In this document: positions 40,972 to 50,021 of the stretch, piece after piece
Position numbering within the stretch: position 1 is the first letter of the stretch
How the letters are laid out: each line of letters starts with the position of its first letter
Source: an uncultured Syntrophaceae bacterium
GTDB lineage: Bacteria > Desulfobacterota > Syntrophia > Syntrophales > UBA2185
Assembly (NCBI GenBank): GCA_964541605.1
Contig: CAZIQY010000001.1
Coordinates: 41,533-105,532, forward strand
Direction of reading: 5' to 3'
DNA length: 64,000 bases
Translations under genes and position numbers: made by a program
The notes under the pieces: model-generated
Seen by the model: only the letters and a program-made list of their open reading frames with translations
What the model was told of the DNA's origin: nothing
Databases searched by the model: none

Positions 40972-41451
40972 TCAGAACTCATATTCAAGATGTGCCTTCG
41001 CCACCAGATCTCTCGGTATACGATACGTCCTTCCCGCAACATCCACTATCAGAATCTTTCTTCCATTTTCATCCAGATAATCAACCAGTTTCCCCTGAAA
41101 ATTTCTGATCCCTTCTATTTTCCGGTCAGCCTTGACGCGAACGTTACACCCCCGGTATTTCATGAAATCTTTATCCCTCGCAAGAGGCCGATCAAGACCG
41201 GGAGACGAAACTTCCAGGGTGTAGGGACCGGGAGGAATATCATGGACATCAAGGATATCACCCACCTGATGGCTTATTTCAGTACAATCATCAAGCGTAA
41301 CCCCATCTTCCCTATCCATGAAGATTCTCACTATCCAGCGGGTCTTCATTCTCAGGCACTCAACATCGACCAGTTCCATATCCTCATCTGCAAGAACCGG
41401 CTCTATCAATTCCCTGATTTTTTCCTTATATGTTCGATCCGCCTCTCTCAT
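40972..41451 (-). CDS. rimP: ribosome maturation factor RimP
   Basis: The start is taken at MREADRT (41451). LEVSSPGLDRPL motif. First gene of the rimP-nusA-infB operon. Confidence 0.9.
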   Translation of the reverse strand: MREADRTYKEKIRELIEPVLADEDMELVDVECLRMKTRWIVRIFMDREDGVTLDDCTEISHQVGDILDVHDIPPGPYTLEVSSPGLDRPLARDKDFMKYRGCNVRVKADRKIEGIRNFQGKLVDYLDENGRKILIVDVAGRTYRIPRDLVAKAHLEYEF

Positions 41452-41616
41452 CTCTTGCCCCGGCAACCAATTTTCCCCAGGCAGAATGAAGTTCCTGGAA
41501 AAAAAAAGTGGGCACAGGCCCACTCATCAAGAACACACGATGATTTTCCTGATTTTTTTAACACACAATATTTGTCTTTGCAAGAGAAATTTAAGACTTA
41601 CAAGAGAAGGGGCTTA

Positions 41617-41647
41617 ATAAAAGATTGGAGCGGGCGATGGGAGTCGA
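41617..41647. repeat. attL-like direct repeat: orphan copy of the tRNA-Gly 3' end plus 9 nt
   Basis: ATAAAAGATTGGAGCGGGCGATGGGAGTCGA is identical over 31 nt to 56751-56781. The flanks diverge on both sides. Confidence 0.85.
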
Positions 41648-41806
41648 TATTCCTCAAGAGGCGGGGTAGCTGGGATTACCTTAGGGGAGTGACAAGAGGT
41701 AATCCGTTGTCATGAAAAGCTCTTGACAGCAATGACCATCAACTGTTATTTAACAGCCACTACAAAGAATCCTGTTTTCCCATTTGTCGATTGCTCAGAG
41801 AGGAGT

Positions 41807-42019
41807 ATGTCTATGAATGACTCGCCGGGTAATGTCCTGACCATAGAAGAACTGGCCATTTACCTGAAGATTTCAAAATCCACCCTTTACAAGCTTGTCC
41901 GTGAAGGCAAAATCCCTTCCCAGAAAGTAGGGCGTCACTGGCGGTTTCGTAAAAAATCCATTGATCGGTGGCTGGAAGAAAACGGCCCTGCGTCCGACTC
42001 CTTACGAGAGAATGATTGA
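41807..42019 (+). CDS. excisionase-family (MerR-like) helix-turn-helix DNA-binding protein
   Basis: 70 aa starting at ATG 41807, preceded by AGAGAGGAG. LTIEELAIYLKISKSTLYKLVREGKIPSQKVGRHWRFRK..ID.WL is the excisionase-type HTH pattern. Its stop overlaps the brxF ATG (TGATG). Confidence 0.75.
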   Translation: MSMNDSPGNVLTIEELAIYLKISKSTLYKLVREGKIPSQKVGRHWRFRKKSIDRWLEENGPASDSLREND

Positions 42020-42492
42020 TGGCAGAATCCCTTGCAGAACAGATTCTTGGTAAGATCGGCAATATCTCTGAGCTTTATCATCGCCTTATGATTGTCGCTG
42101 CCCCGACCGGCGCCGGAAAAACAAGGACACTCCAGGAGGTTCACAAGCAGATAAGTGCACCGCTCATCAATGTGAACCTGGAGTTATCGCGGCGCATGCT
42201 CGATCTCACCGAACGTCAAAGGGCGCTGCAACTTCCCCGTCTCATAGGAGAGATGCTCGATGAGATCAAAGAAAACACGATTCTACTCGACAACATCGAG
42301 ATTATTTTTGATGTTGCTTTAAAACAGGACCCCCTAAGGCTTCTTCAGGGGCTTTCAAGAAACAAAACAATTGTCGTGAGTTGGAACGGTTCGCTTGAAA
42401 ATGATTTTCTTACTTACGCTGTGCCAGGTCACCCGGAATACAGACGTTATCCGACGCGGGGAGGGGACTTGCTGATCGTAGGGCCGGCATGA
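42019..42492 (+). CDS. brxF: BREX type 3 P-loop protein BrxF-like
   Basis: ~157 aa small ATPase with Walker A AAPTGAGKT. Size, motif and position immediately upstream of a BrxC/PglY-type gene match BrxF. Confidence 0.65.
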   Translation: MAESLAEQILGKIGNISELYHRLMIVAAPTGAGKTRTLQEVHKQISAPLINVNLELSRRMLDLTERQRALQLPRLIGEMLDEIKENTILLDNIEIIFDVALKQDPLRLLQGLSRNKTIVVSWNGSLENDFLTYAVPGHPEYRRYPTRGGDLLIVGPA

Positions 42493-42534
42493 ACGGAATA
42501 AATTTTCCCAGAACAGGGGAGGAAGGATGAACCC

Positions 42535-44055
42535 ATGAAATACGGTGATTTAATCCAGTTTGAACCGATCGAATCCGTTGTGCAATTACGGAGCGCTAAT
42601 TCTTCCGCCGCCGCCCGGCAGCTTGTCGAAACCTATGTCATCTCCGTCGAGATGGCTGAAAGGCTAATCGGTCTCGCTATCCCGCAGCTTCAGTTTGACC
42701 AGCCCGCAGACAATAAAGGGATGCTGGTTGTCGGCAATTACGGCACGGGAAAATCCCATCTTCTATCTGTCATCTCCGCCCTGGCGGAGAACGTAGAACT
42801 CGCCTCCCATCTGAGCGACCAATCCGTGGCCAAAGCAGCAAAAAAGATTGCGGGGCGATTCAAGGTTGTCCGGACCGAGATCGGCGCAACGACCATGTCC
42901 CTGCGCGATATTATCATTGCCGAATTGGAAGAGCATTTGGAAGCCATTGGCGTGATTTTTTCCTTCCCACCCACATCCAAAGTATCAGAAAACAAAAGCG
43001 CCTTCGAGGAAATGATGGCGGCGTTCCACCAGAAGTTTCCTGATCTCGGACTGCTCCTGGTCGTGGATGAACTTCTCGATTTCCTCCGGACACGAAAAGA
43101 TCAGGAGCTTATCCTGGATCTCAACTTCCTCAGGGAGATCGGCGAGGTATGCAAGGACCTGCGTTTCCGATTCATCGCCGGTGTTCAGGAAGCGATCTTC
43201 GACAGTCCCCGGTTTTCTTTTGTGTCCGATAGCATCCGCCGGGTAAAGGATCGGTTTGAACAGATTCTGATCGCCCGTAATGATGTCAAATATGTGGTGG
43301 CCGAGCGCCTGCTCAAGAAGACCGGCGACCAGCAGGTTAAAATCCGGGAGTATCTGACGCCCTTCGCCAGGTTCTACGGCCTTATGAATGAGCGTATGGA
43401 CGAGTTTGTCCGCCTGTTTCCCGTGCATCCCGATTATATTGATACGTTCGAGCGGGTCGCGGCGGTGGAAAAACGCGAGGCACTCAAGACCCTGTCCCTC
43501 GCCATGAAGAAACTGCTCAATCAGGACGTCCCGGACGACTGTCCGGGACTTATCGCTTACGATAGCTACTGGATAACCATTAAAGAAAACGCGGCGTTTC
43601 GCGCCATCCCGGAAATCAGGGAGGTCATTGAGTGCAGCGCAAAACTTGAGGGGCTGATCAACAGCAATTACCCGAAAGGCAAAAATAAGGACTTTGCCGG
43701 AAGAATTATCCATGGCCTGAGCCTGCACCGGCTGACCGTCGGCAGCATTGAAACGCCTGTGGGCCTGACATCGGAATCATTGAGGGATTCTCTGTGCCTC
43801 TTTGATCCAAACGTAGCCGATCTTGGCGGAGATCCTGCCGATGATCTGCGTGGAGAAATTGAATCGGCAATACGAGTGATCAGCCAAGCCGTCAATGGTC
43901 AATTCCTGTCGGCAACAGAGACGGACGTCAATGGAAGACTGAGCGGGCAGTTCTATCTCGACGTTCATAAAACCGTGGATTACGCGCACAGGTTCGTAAT
44001 CGCACCGAGAGTCTCGAATCATCGCAGCTTGATCGCTATTATTATGAAGCCCTGA
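42535..44055 (+). CDS. brxC: BrxC/PglY-type (DUF6079-like) large P-loop ATPase, N-terminal fragment (frameshifted gene)
   Basis: 506 aa. N-terminus [18 protein letters not shown] and Walker [10 protein letters not shown]. The last ~22 codons ([23 protein letters not shown]) look out of frame relative to the following ORF. Confidence 0.7.
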   Translation: MKYGDLIQFEPIESVVQLRSANSSAAARQLVETYVISVEMAERLIGLAIPQLQFDQPADNKGMLVVGNYGTGKSHLLSVISALAENVELASHLSDQSVAKAAKKIAGRFKVVRTEIGATTMSLRDIIIAELEEHLEAIGVIFSFPPTSKVSENKSAFEEMMAAFHQKFPDLGLLLVVDELLDFLRTRKDQELILDLNFLREIGEVCKDLRFRFIAGVQEAIFDSPRFSFVSDSIRRVKDRFEQILIARNDVKYVVAERLLKKTGDQQVKIREYLTPFARFYGLMNERMDEFVRLFPVHPDYIDTFERVAAVEKREALKTLSLAMKKLLNQDVPDDCPGLIAYDSYWITIKENAAFRAIPEIREVIECSAKLEGLINSNYPKGKNKDFAGRIIHGLSLHRLTVGSIETPVGLTSESLRDSLCLFDPNVADLGGDPADDLRGEIESAIRVISQAVNGQFLSATETDVNGRLSGQFYLDVHKTVDYAHRFVIAPRVSNHRSLIAIIMKP

Positions 44056-44063
44056 AGCGGGTC

Positions 44064-46280
44064 ATGGAATGTACTGATTACACCTATGTCACCGGCTACA
44101 AGATCTGGCAGCATGAGATCGAGTGGCTGGAACGGAAGGCCGCACGCCTTGGGTACCTCTTTTTCGGCGCGCCCAATGAGCGATCCACGGCAGTGCCGCC
44201 CCGCGATTTTTATCTTTACTTCCTTCAACCTTTCGAGGCGCCGTCCTTCAAAGATGAGAAGAAGCCGGACGAATTATTCCTTCACCTGAAAAATGACGAT
44301 GAAACATTCCGCACGGCATTACGAGGCTATGCGGCGGCCCTCGATCTCGCCTCTACTGCATCAGGCCATGCCAAAAACACCTATGAATCCAAAGCGACAA
44401 ACTTTCTGAGAGAACTGGTCCAATGGCTCCAGAAGAACATGGCGACGGCCTTCGATGTCACCTGTCAGGGACGGACAAAACCCCTCACCGAATGGGCAAA
44501 GGGAAAGTCGATCCGCGAGCTGTCCGGCATATCGTCCCATGAGCGGATCAATTTTCGCGATATGGTGAACACCGTCGCGGGAATGTGTCTCGACAGCCAT
44601 TTCCGGGATCAGGCACCGGATTACCCCTTCTTTTCGGTGCTCATCACGGGCGCCAACCGCGCCCAGGCGGCACAGGACGCCTTGCGGGCCATTGCCGGCC
44701 AGAACCGCACCAAGCAAGCAACGGCGGTTATGGATGCCTTGGGGCTCCTCGACGGGGAGCGGATTGATCCGTATCAGTCAAAATACGCCCGATATATTCT
44801 CGACAATGCAAAGAAGAAAGGCGCCGGCCAAGTTGTCAATCGGTCTGAACTGTTCCAGGAGGTTCTCGGGGTCGAGTATCTGGCGCCGCAAACGCTGCGA
44901 CTGGAACCGGAATGGGCGGTGGTGGCACTGGCCGCGCTGGTTTATGCCGGAGAGATTGTATTGGCCATTCCCGGCAAGAAGTTCGACGCCACTATCTTAC
45001 CACAAATGGCCGGTACCGGCGTGGAAGAGCTGGCCCAATTCAAACACGTCGAACGCCCTAAAGACTGGAATATCCCGGCGCTCAAAGCACTTTTTGAACT
45101 GTTGGGACTCCCTCCAGGAATGGTTCAACAGATTACCCAAGCGGATGAGATACCGGTTCAGCAAATGCAGAAGACTGTCTCGGAAACGGTCAACCGGTTT
45201 GTCGTCGCCCAGCAGAATTTACATAATGGCCTGTTCTTCTGGGGGCGAAGTCTCCTGTCCGAGGATGAAGTTCAGAAGTTGAAAGCCCGACTGGAAGAAA
45301 CCAAGACATTTCTCGAATCGCTTCAGGCGTACACCACGCCGGGGAAACTGAAGAATTTCCGTTACGATGCCCAGGAGGTAAAGGGCCATCACGAAGGATT
45401 TCAGTCCCTGAAGGAAATTGAATCCCTGCAGGAACTGGCCAATGAGCTCGGGACGGTCGCGTCGTATCTTTCCACAGCGGAAGCGGTTTTGACTACCGGG
45501 CATGAATGGCTCGACAAGGTGAAGTCCGTGCGCGATGAAGTCCTCGGGCAGATCGGCGACCCGGACAAGCGCGGGGCGGCCGCCTTTCGCCAGCAAACCC
45601 AACGCCGGTTGACGGACCTAAAAAAGGCCTATAGCCAGATCTACCTCGCCCACCACAGCAAGGCACGGCTGGGTGTAAAGGATGACAAGCGCAAGGTCCA
45701 GCTCATGGGCGACGAGCGGCTCAAGGTATTACAAAAACTCTCTACTATCAATCTTATGCCGCTCCAGCACCTGACCGATTTCCAGAACCGGCTTGCAGGC
45801 CTGAAAAGTTGCTTCGCCCTCACCGAACAGGAACTCAACGCAGCACCCGTCTGCCCGCACTGCAACTATAAACCGGGATCGGAACCCCAGACGGCGCCCG
45901 CTGCGAAGATGCTCGATGCTTTGGACGACGAGCTTGATAAACTGGTCGAGAATTGGACACAGACCCTTTTGACAAATCTGGAAGACCCGACCACTAAAGG
46001 AGCCTTAAGCCTGCTCAAACCCGAGCCACGCAATCTGGTAGATGGCTTCATAAAAAAAAGAGCCCTGCCGGACAACCTAAACCAGGACTTCATTTTCGCA
46101 CTCAAAGAAATCCTCTCGGGACTTACGCCTGTGTCCATCAAAATCGCTGACCTACGTTCCGCGCTCCTTGCGGGCGGCTCACCGGTCACCCCGGCGGAAA
46201 TGAGAAAGCGGTTCGAAGACTACCTGGATCATCTCATTAAGGGTAAAGAGCCAGGTAAGGTACGGATTGTATTGGAGTAA
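44064..46280 (+). CDS. brxC: BrxC/PglY-type ATPase, C-terminal fragment (frame open from 43971)
   Basis: 738 aa. Upstream of the listed Met, the same frame reads ...[41 protein letters not shown], which continues naturally from fragment 1. The two fragments together make ~1240 aa, as expected for BrxC/PglY. Confidence 0.7.
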   Translation: MECTDYTYVTGYKIWQHEIEWLERKAARLGYLFFGAPNERSTAVPPRDFYLYFLQPFEAPSFKDEKKPDELFLHLKNDDETFRTALRGYAAALDLASTASGHAKNTYESKATNFLRELVQWLQKNMATAFDVTCQGRTKPLTEWAKGKSIRELSGISSHERINFRDMVNTVAGMCLDSHFRDQAPDYPFFSVLITGANRAQAAQDALRAIAGQNRTKQATAVMDALGLLDGERIDPYQSKYARYILDNAKKKGAGQVVNRSELFQEVLGVEYLAPQTLRLEPEWAVVALAALVYAGEIVLAIPGKKFDATILPQMAGTGVEELAQFKHVERPKDWNIPALKALFELLGLPPGMVQQITQADEIPVQQMQKTVSETVNRFVVAQQNLHNGLFFWGRSLLSEDEVQKLKARLEETKTFLESLQAYTTPGKLKNFRYDAQEVKGHHEGFQSLKEIESLQELANELGTVASYLSTAEAVLTTGHEWLDKVKSVRDEVLGQIGDPDKRGAAAFRQQTQRRLTDLKKAYSQIYLAHHSKARLGVKDDKRKVQLMGDERLKVLQKLSTINLMPLQHLTDFQNRLAGLKSCFALTEQELNAAPVCPHCNYKPGSEPQTAPAAKMLDALDDELDKLVENWTQTLLTNLEDPTTKGALSLLKPEPRNLVDGFIKKRALPDNLNQDFIFALKEILSGLTPVSIKIADLRSALLAGGSPVTPAEMRKRFEDYLDHLIKGKEPGKVRIVLE

Positions 46281-46318
46281 TTTCCAAGTATGCATACGAA
46301 TGGACAAGGAACGATGGA

Positions 46319-47935
46319 ATGAAGATCGCAGAACTCAAAAAACTGCTGAAAGCTGGTGAATGGAACGATATCGAGTTCAAGGAAGCTCGCACCGCCGTTT
46401 CCAAATCCGCGTTTGAGACCGTATCCGCCTTCGCCAACACCCACGGCGGCTGGATCGTGTTCGGCGTCTCCCAGCATGGCGAAGAGTTTAAAGCCACCGG
46501 CGTTGAGATGCCGGACAAGGTGTAGGGCGATTTCCTGTCTGTTCTTCATGCCGACGCCAAGGTCAATCATGACGTTCAGGTAACGGAGAAACGGTACGAT
46601 TTTGATGGTGCAACTGTTCTTGCCTTTCACATTGCTGAAAATCCACGCACCCGGAAACCGGTCTATCTGGACGGCGACATCCGGCGGACCTTCCTGCGCA
46701 AGGGCAGCGGGGACTACAAAGCCCAGATGACTGACATCGAGCGCATGTTACGCGACGCCACCGCCGACCGGTGGGATAGCCAGCCGTTTGACCGTGTGCT
46801 GCTCAAAGAGGCGTTTCATCCGAGCAGCCTGCGGTGGTATCGGGACCGGTTCCATCAGGTCAATGCCGGCTTCGATCCTAAACAACCCGATCAGGAGTTT
46901 CTCTATCACTGGGGCTATCTGCTCCGGGATGGAAAACGTTTCATCCCGATCCGTGGCGCCATCATGCTCTTTGGGTCTCCCTTGGCGGTCCATCAGCTCA
47001 TTCCGCGACCGACGCTGGATTTTCAGTTTTTAGGCTATGCCACCGACGAGCCCATGCCCGAGACGCGCTGGATTGACCGGATCGTATGCGAGGAGAACAT
47101 CATCCAGGCCTGGGATCAACTGGTCAGCAAGTACAAGTTCTTCATGCCCAAACCTTTTAAAGATATTGATCCGGTTACCCTGGGCCGCCGAGACGATCCC
47201 CCGGGGTTTCGCGTGTTCCGCGAAGCGGCTGTCAACCTGCTGACCCATCAGGACTATGGCGATCATTCCCGCAAGGCTGTCATAAAATTCTTCCGCGACG
47301 GCATCCAGTTCTGGAATCCCGGCGACGTATTCGGGGACGATTCCCGGCTGCTTGAACCCGGAGAAAAAGAGGTCCGCAACCCGGTCATTGCCACGGCCAT
47401 GCGCCGGATAGCCATGTGCGAGCAGGCGGGCACGGGCATGCGCATGATGCGCGAAGCATGGCAGGCCCTCGGACACCCGGCGCCTGTTTACAAGAACGAC
47501 CGTGCATGGAAAGCATTCGATCTCTTCATCCCGGAACTGGATAAAGAAGTGGATATGGCCTCGGATCTGATGAAGGCCATGTTCGGGAAGACACCGACCC
47601 CTTCAGGCGGCACGGATACCGAACAAGTCGAAGCCCATGAGGAGGCCCAAGTCAAGGCCCAAGAGGCCCAAGTCGAAGCCCAAGTTGAACTCCTTAAGTG
47701 GCAGCATGACATCCTGACATCTTGTTCTTCCGGCGAGAAGACAGGCAAGGAATTCTTGGAAATTGCCGGCTATAGCAGCCGCACTGGGAACTTCAAGAAG
47801 GGTCTGCAAAGACTGCTTGATTATAAGCTTCTTGAATTGACCGTTCCCGACAAACCCAACAGCCGTCTGCAGAAATACCGGCTCACCGACAAGGGCCGTC
47901 GGCTTCTGGTCAAGGCGCGAGGAGACGGCGTTTGA
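46319..47935 (+). pseudogene. AlbA_2 (Schlafen-like) domain / ATPase-like / winged-helix protein interrupted by an in-frame TAG
   Basis: The ORFs 46319-46525 and 46727-47935 are in one frame. The only interruption is TAG at 46523-46525, and the sequence continues ...PDKV*GDFLSVLHADAKVNHDV.... The N-terminus ELKKLL..GE...IEFKE fits the AlbA_2 pattern. The C-terminus has PDKPNSRLQKYRLT, typical of this regulator family. Confidence 0.7.
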
Positions 47936-47999
47936 CCAAGTTTGTGACCAACTACTGCCAACTTGGTTATTGAACAAATCGAAGGAGAAGGAGTATCTA

Positions 48000-50021
48000 A
48001 TGAGACTTACATACCTTCGCATACAAAATTTCCGGGCATGTAAAGACATTACCTTAGAAATTGGCGAGATGCATGCGCTCGTCGGCGCCAATAATGCCGG
48101 CAAATCCGCAATGCTTCGGGCCTTGGATTTCCTATTCAACCCGAGTACAAAGTCCTTGAATGAAGAATCTTTCTGGAACAAAGACACCAGCCTGGAAATC
48201 CGAGTGGAAGCCATTTTTACTGACCTTACAGACAAAGAAAAAGAAGCGTTGGGCGCTTATCTGAAGGCGGATAAGACATTCCACATGGCCCGCTCCGCAA
48301 GAGTGGGCGTTAAGAGCGGCGAATCGGAGACCGATTCAGGACAGGACGAAGAAAAGATTGGAATTGGACAACATTACAAAAAACCCATTCCTGAGCCGGA
48401 ATGGCTCCAGGAATCCAACATCAACGGAAATAACATCAAGGAATGGTGGAAAAACAAAGACCAATTAGCCGTAGGCGGCGTAAGTTTCGCGGATTTTCTC
48501 AATGTAACAATCAAGGCACCGACTGTGGGAGATTGGAAAGAAAAGGCCAAAGAATTTATCACGAATCATGCAGACAAGATTCCGATGCAAGACGCATGGA
48601 CCGATAATCCGAAGGGCTATGCCAATGTCCTAAAGGGGACATTGCCCTTTTTCGTTCTCGTTCCTGCGGTCAGGGATGTGACCGAAGAATCCAAGGGAAC
48701 CAAAAGCAGCCCCTTCGGCAAACTGCTGTACGCAATCCTTGACACGATTACTCAGGAAAAGAGGGTCAAGATCGAAGGCATTCTCGGAGATGTTGCTAAA
48801 CAGATGAACCGCGCCGGCGGGGAAGAGCGTGTTCCGTTGATTGCCGACACGGAGAGGCAACTCAACACGCTGCTGAACGATTTCTTTACCGGATGCGACC
48901 TCGAGATCGAGTTTGAAACCCCGACGCTGGAAGTCCTTCTCAGTGCGCCAAAACTTTTCGTGGACGACGGCTTCAGGAATGCCGTCGAGAACAAGGGGCA
49001 CGGCCTGCAAAGGGCAGTCATCTTCACTATTCTGCGGCGCTATGCGGAACACATGACATCCGCGCCCGATGGGAAGAAGCGCAATCTCATTCTCGCGGTC
49101 GAGGAACCGGAACTCTATATGCATCCGCAAGCACAACGAATTATCCGACAAGTGTTTCGTAAGATCGCCGAGGGAGGAGACCAGGTAATCTTCTCAACCC
49201 ATTCGTCACTACTCGTGGATGTTGCCTATTTTGATGAGATCATTCGGATGGAAATCAGTGTCGAGAAAACAGACGGCAAGAAAACGATGATAAGCAGGGC
49301 ATGGCAGTTGCCCATGTCGAAGATGGTTAAGGACCTTGAGACCAGATTTCCGGCTCTCAAAGGAAAAGCCACACCTGAATCCATGCGTGATCGGTACTCC
49401 CATGCTTACAATCCCCGGCGCAACGAAGGATTTTTCGCTTCAAAAATCATCCTTGCTGAGGGTCTGACCGAGGAATACAGTTTGCCTATTTACGCCGATG
49501 CGCTTCCGGATTGTTCCTTTGACCCTCAAGGCATCAGCGTTGTTGAATGCGGCGGTAAAGGAGCGATGGATCGCCTCTTCAGGATATTCAACGAACTCCA
49601 TATCCCATGTTATATTCTCTTTGATTATGACAACGGTAACCCAGACAAGAACATCATTGAAAAATCCAAAGAACTCCTCTCCCTGGTTGGTGAAATTCAG
49701 GATGCCCCACAATCGCTTTTAGTCACCGATTGTGTAGCCTGCTTCCCAAAGAAATGGGAATCTGATCTGAAAAGCGAAATCCCGGACATTGAAACCTTAA
49801 CAGCCGAAGCCAGAAAGGTACTTGGGCTGAGTGACGACACTGGCAAACCGCTGATTGCCCGTTATATCGCCAGAAAAATCACATCCCGCAGTCCGGCAGT
49901 TGTTCCACCAAGTCTCAAGACAATTATTGAAAAGGCCGTGGCCGTGACATGGAAACAGAGTTGCCTCAAGACCGGGGCATGCCAGCCCATTTCTGAAGTG
50001 CAGGGGAAAAATGATGGATGA
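48000..50021 (+). CDS. OLD-family ATP-dependent nuclease (ABC-type ATPase + Toprim), no partner helicase
   Basis: The start is taken at ATG 48000 (GAAGGAGAAGGAG upstream): MRLTYLRIQNFRA. Walker A GANNAGKS, signature-like GHGLQR, Walker B ILAVEEPELYMHPQ. C-terminal Toprim with ILAEGLTEE ... VVECGGK ... LFDYDNG. Its stop overlaps the pglXI start by 11 nt. Confidence 0.8.
   Translation: MRLTYLRIQNFRACKDITLEIGEMHALVGANNAGKSAMLRALDFLFNPSTKSLNEESFWNKDTSLEIRVEAIFTDLTDKEKEALGAYLKADKTFHMARSARVGVKSGESETDSGQDEEKIGIGQHYKKPIPEPEWLQESNINGNNIKEWWKNKDQLAVGGVSFADFLNVTIKAPTVGDWKEKAKEFITNHADKIPMQDAWTDNPKGYANVLKGTLPFFVLVPAVRDVTEESKGTKSSPFGKLLYAILDTITQEKRVKIEGILGDVAKQMNRAGGEERVPLIADTERQLNTLLNDFFTGCDLEIEFETPTLEVLLSAPKLFVDDGFRNAVENKGHGLQRAVIFTILRRYAEHMTSAPDGKKRNLILAVEEPELYMHPQAQRIIRQVFRKIAEGGDQVIFSTHSSLLVDVAYFDEIIRMEISVEKTDGKKTMISRAWQLPMSKMVKDLETRFPALKGKATPESMRDRYSHAYNPRRNEGFFASKIILAEGLTEEYSLPIYADALPDCSFDPQGISVVECGGKGAMDRLFRIFNELHIPCYILFDYDNGNPDKNIIEKSKELLSLVGEIQDAPQSLLVTDCVACFPKKWESDLKSEIPDIETLTAEARKVLGLSDDTGKPLIARYIARKITSRSPAVVPPSLKTIIEKAVAVTWKQSCLKTGACQPISEVQGKNDG

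Noticed and set aside
41626-41647. Possible second tRNA gene at the left island border
   Set aside because: Only the 3'-terminal 22 nt of tRNA-Gly are present. There is no D or anticodon arm, so it is an att-site remnant and not a gene.
42985-43728. 247-aa minus-strand ORF inside brxC, and a similar 261-aa ORF at 51514-52299 inside pglXI, considered as possible embedded antisense defence or antitoxin genes
   Set aside because: No RBS or motif support. Both are fully contained in better-supported plus-strand genes, and GC-rich DNA commonly yields such open antisense frames.
47621-47690. Imperfect tandem codon repeat (GCCCAAG-rich, encoding EAHEEAQVKAQEAQVEAQVE), considered as a possible phase-variable repeat
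   Set aside because: The units are in-frame, imperfect and short. Similar low-complexity linkers occur before the C-terminal winged-helix domain in this protein family, and there is no evidence of slippage.
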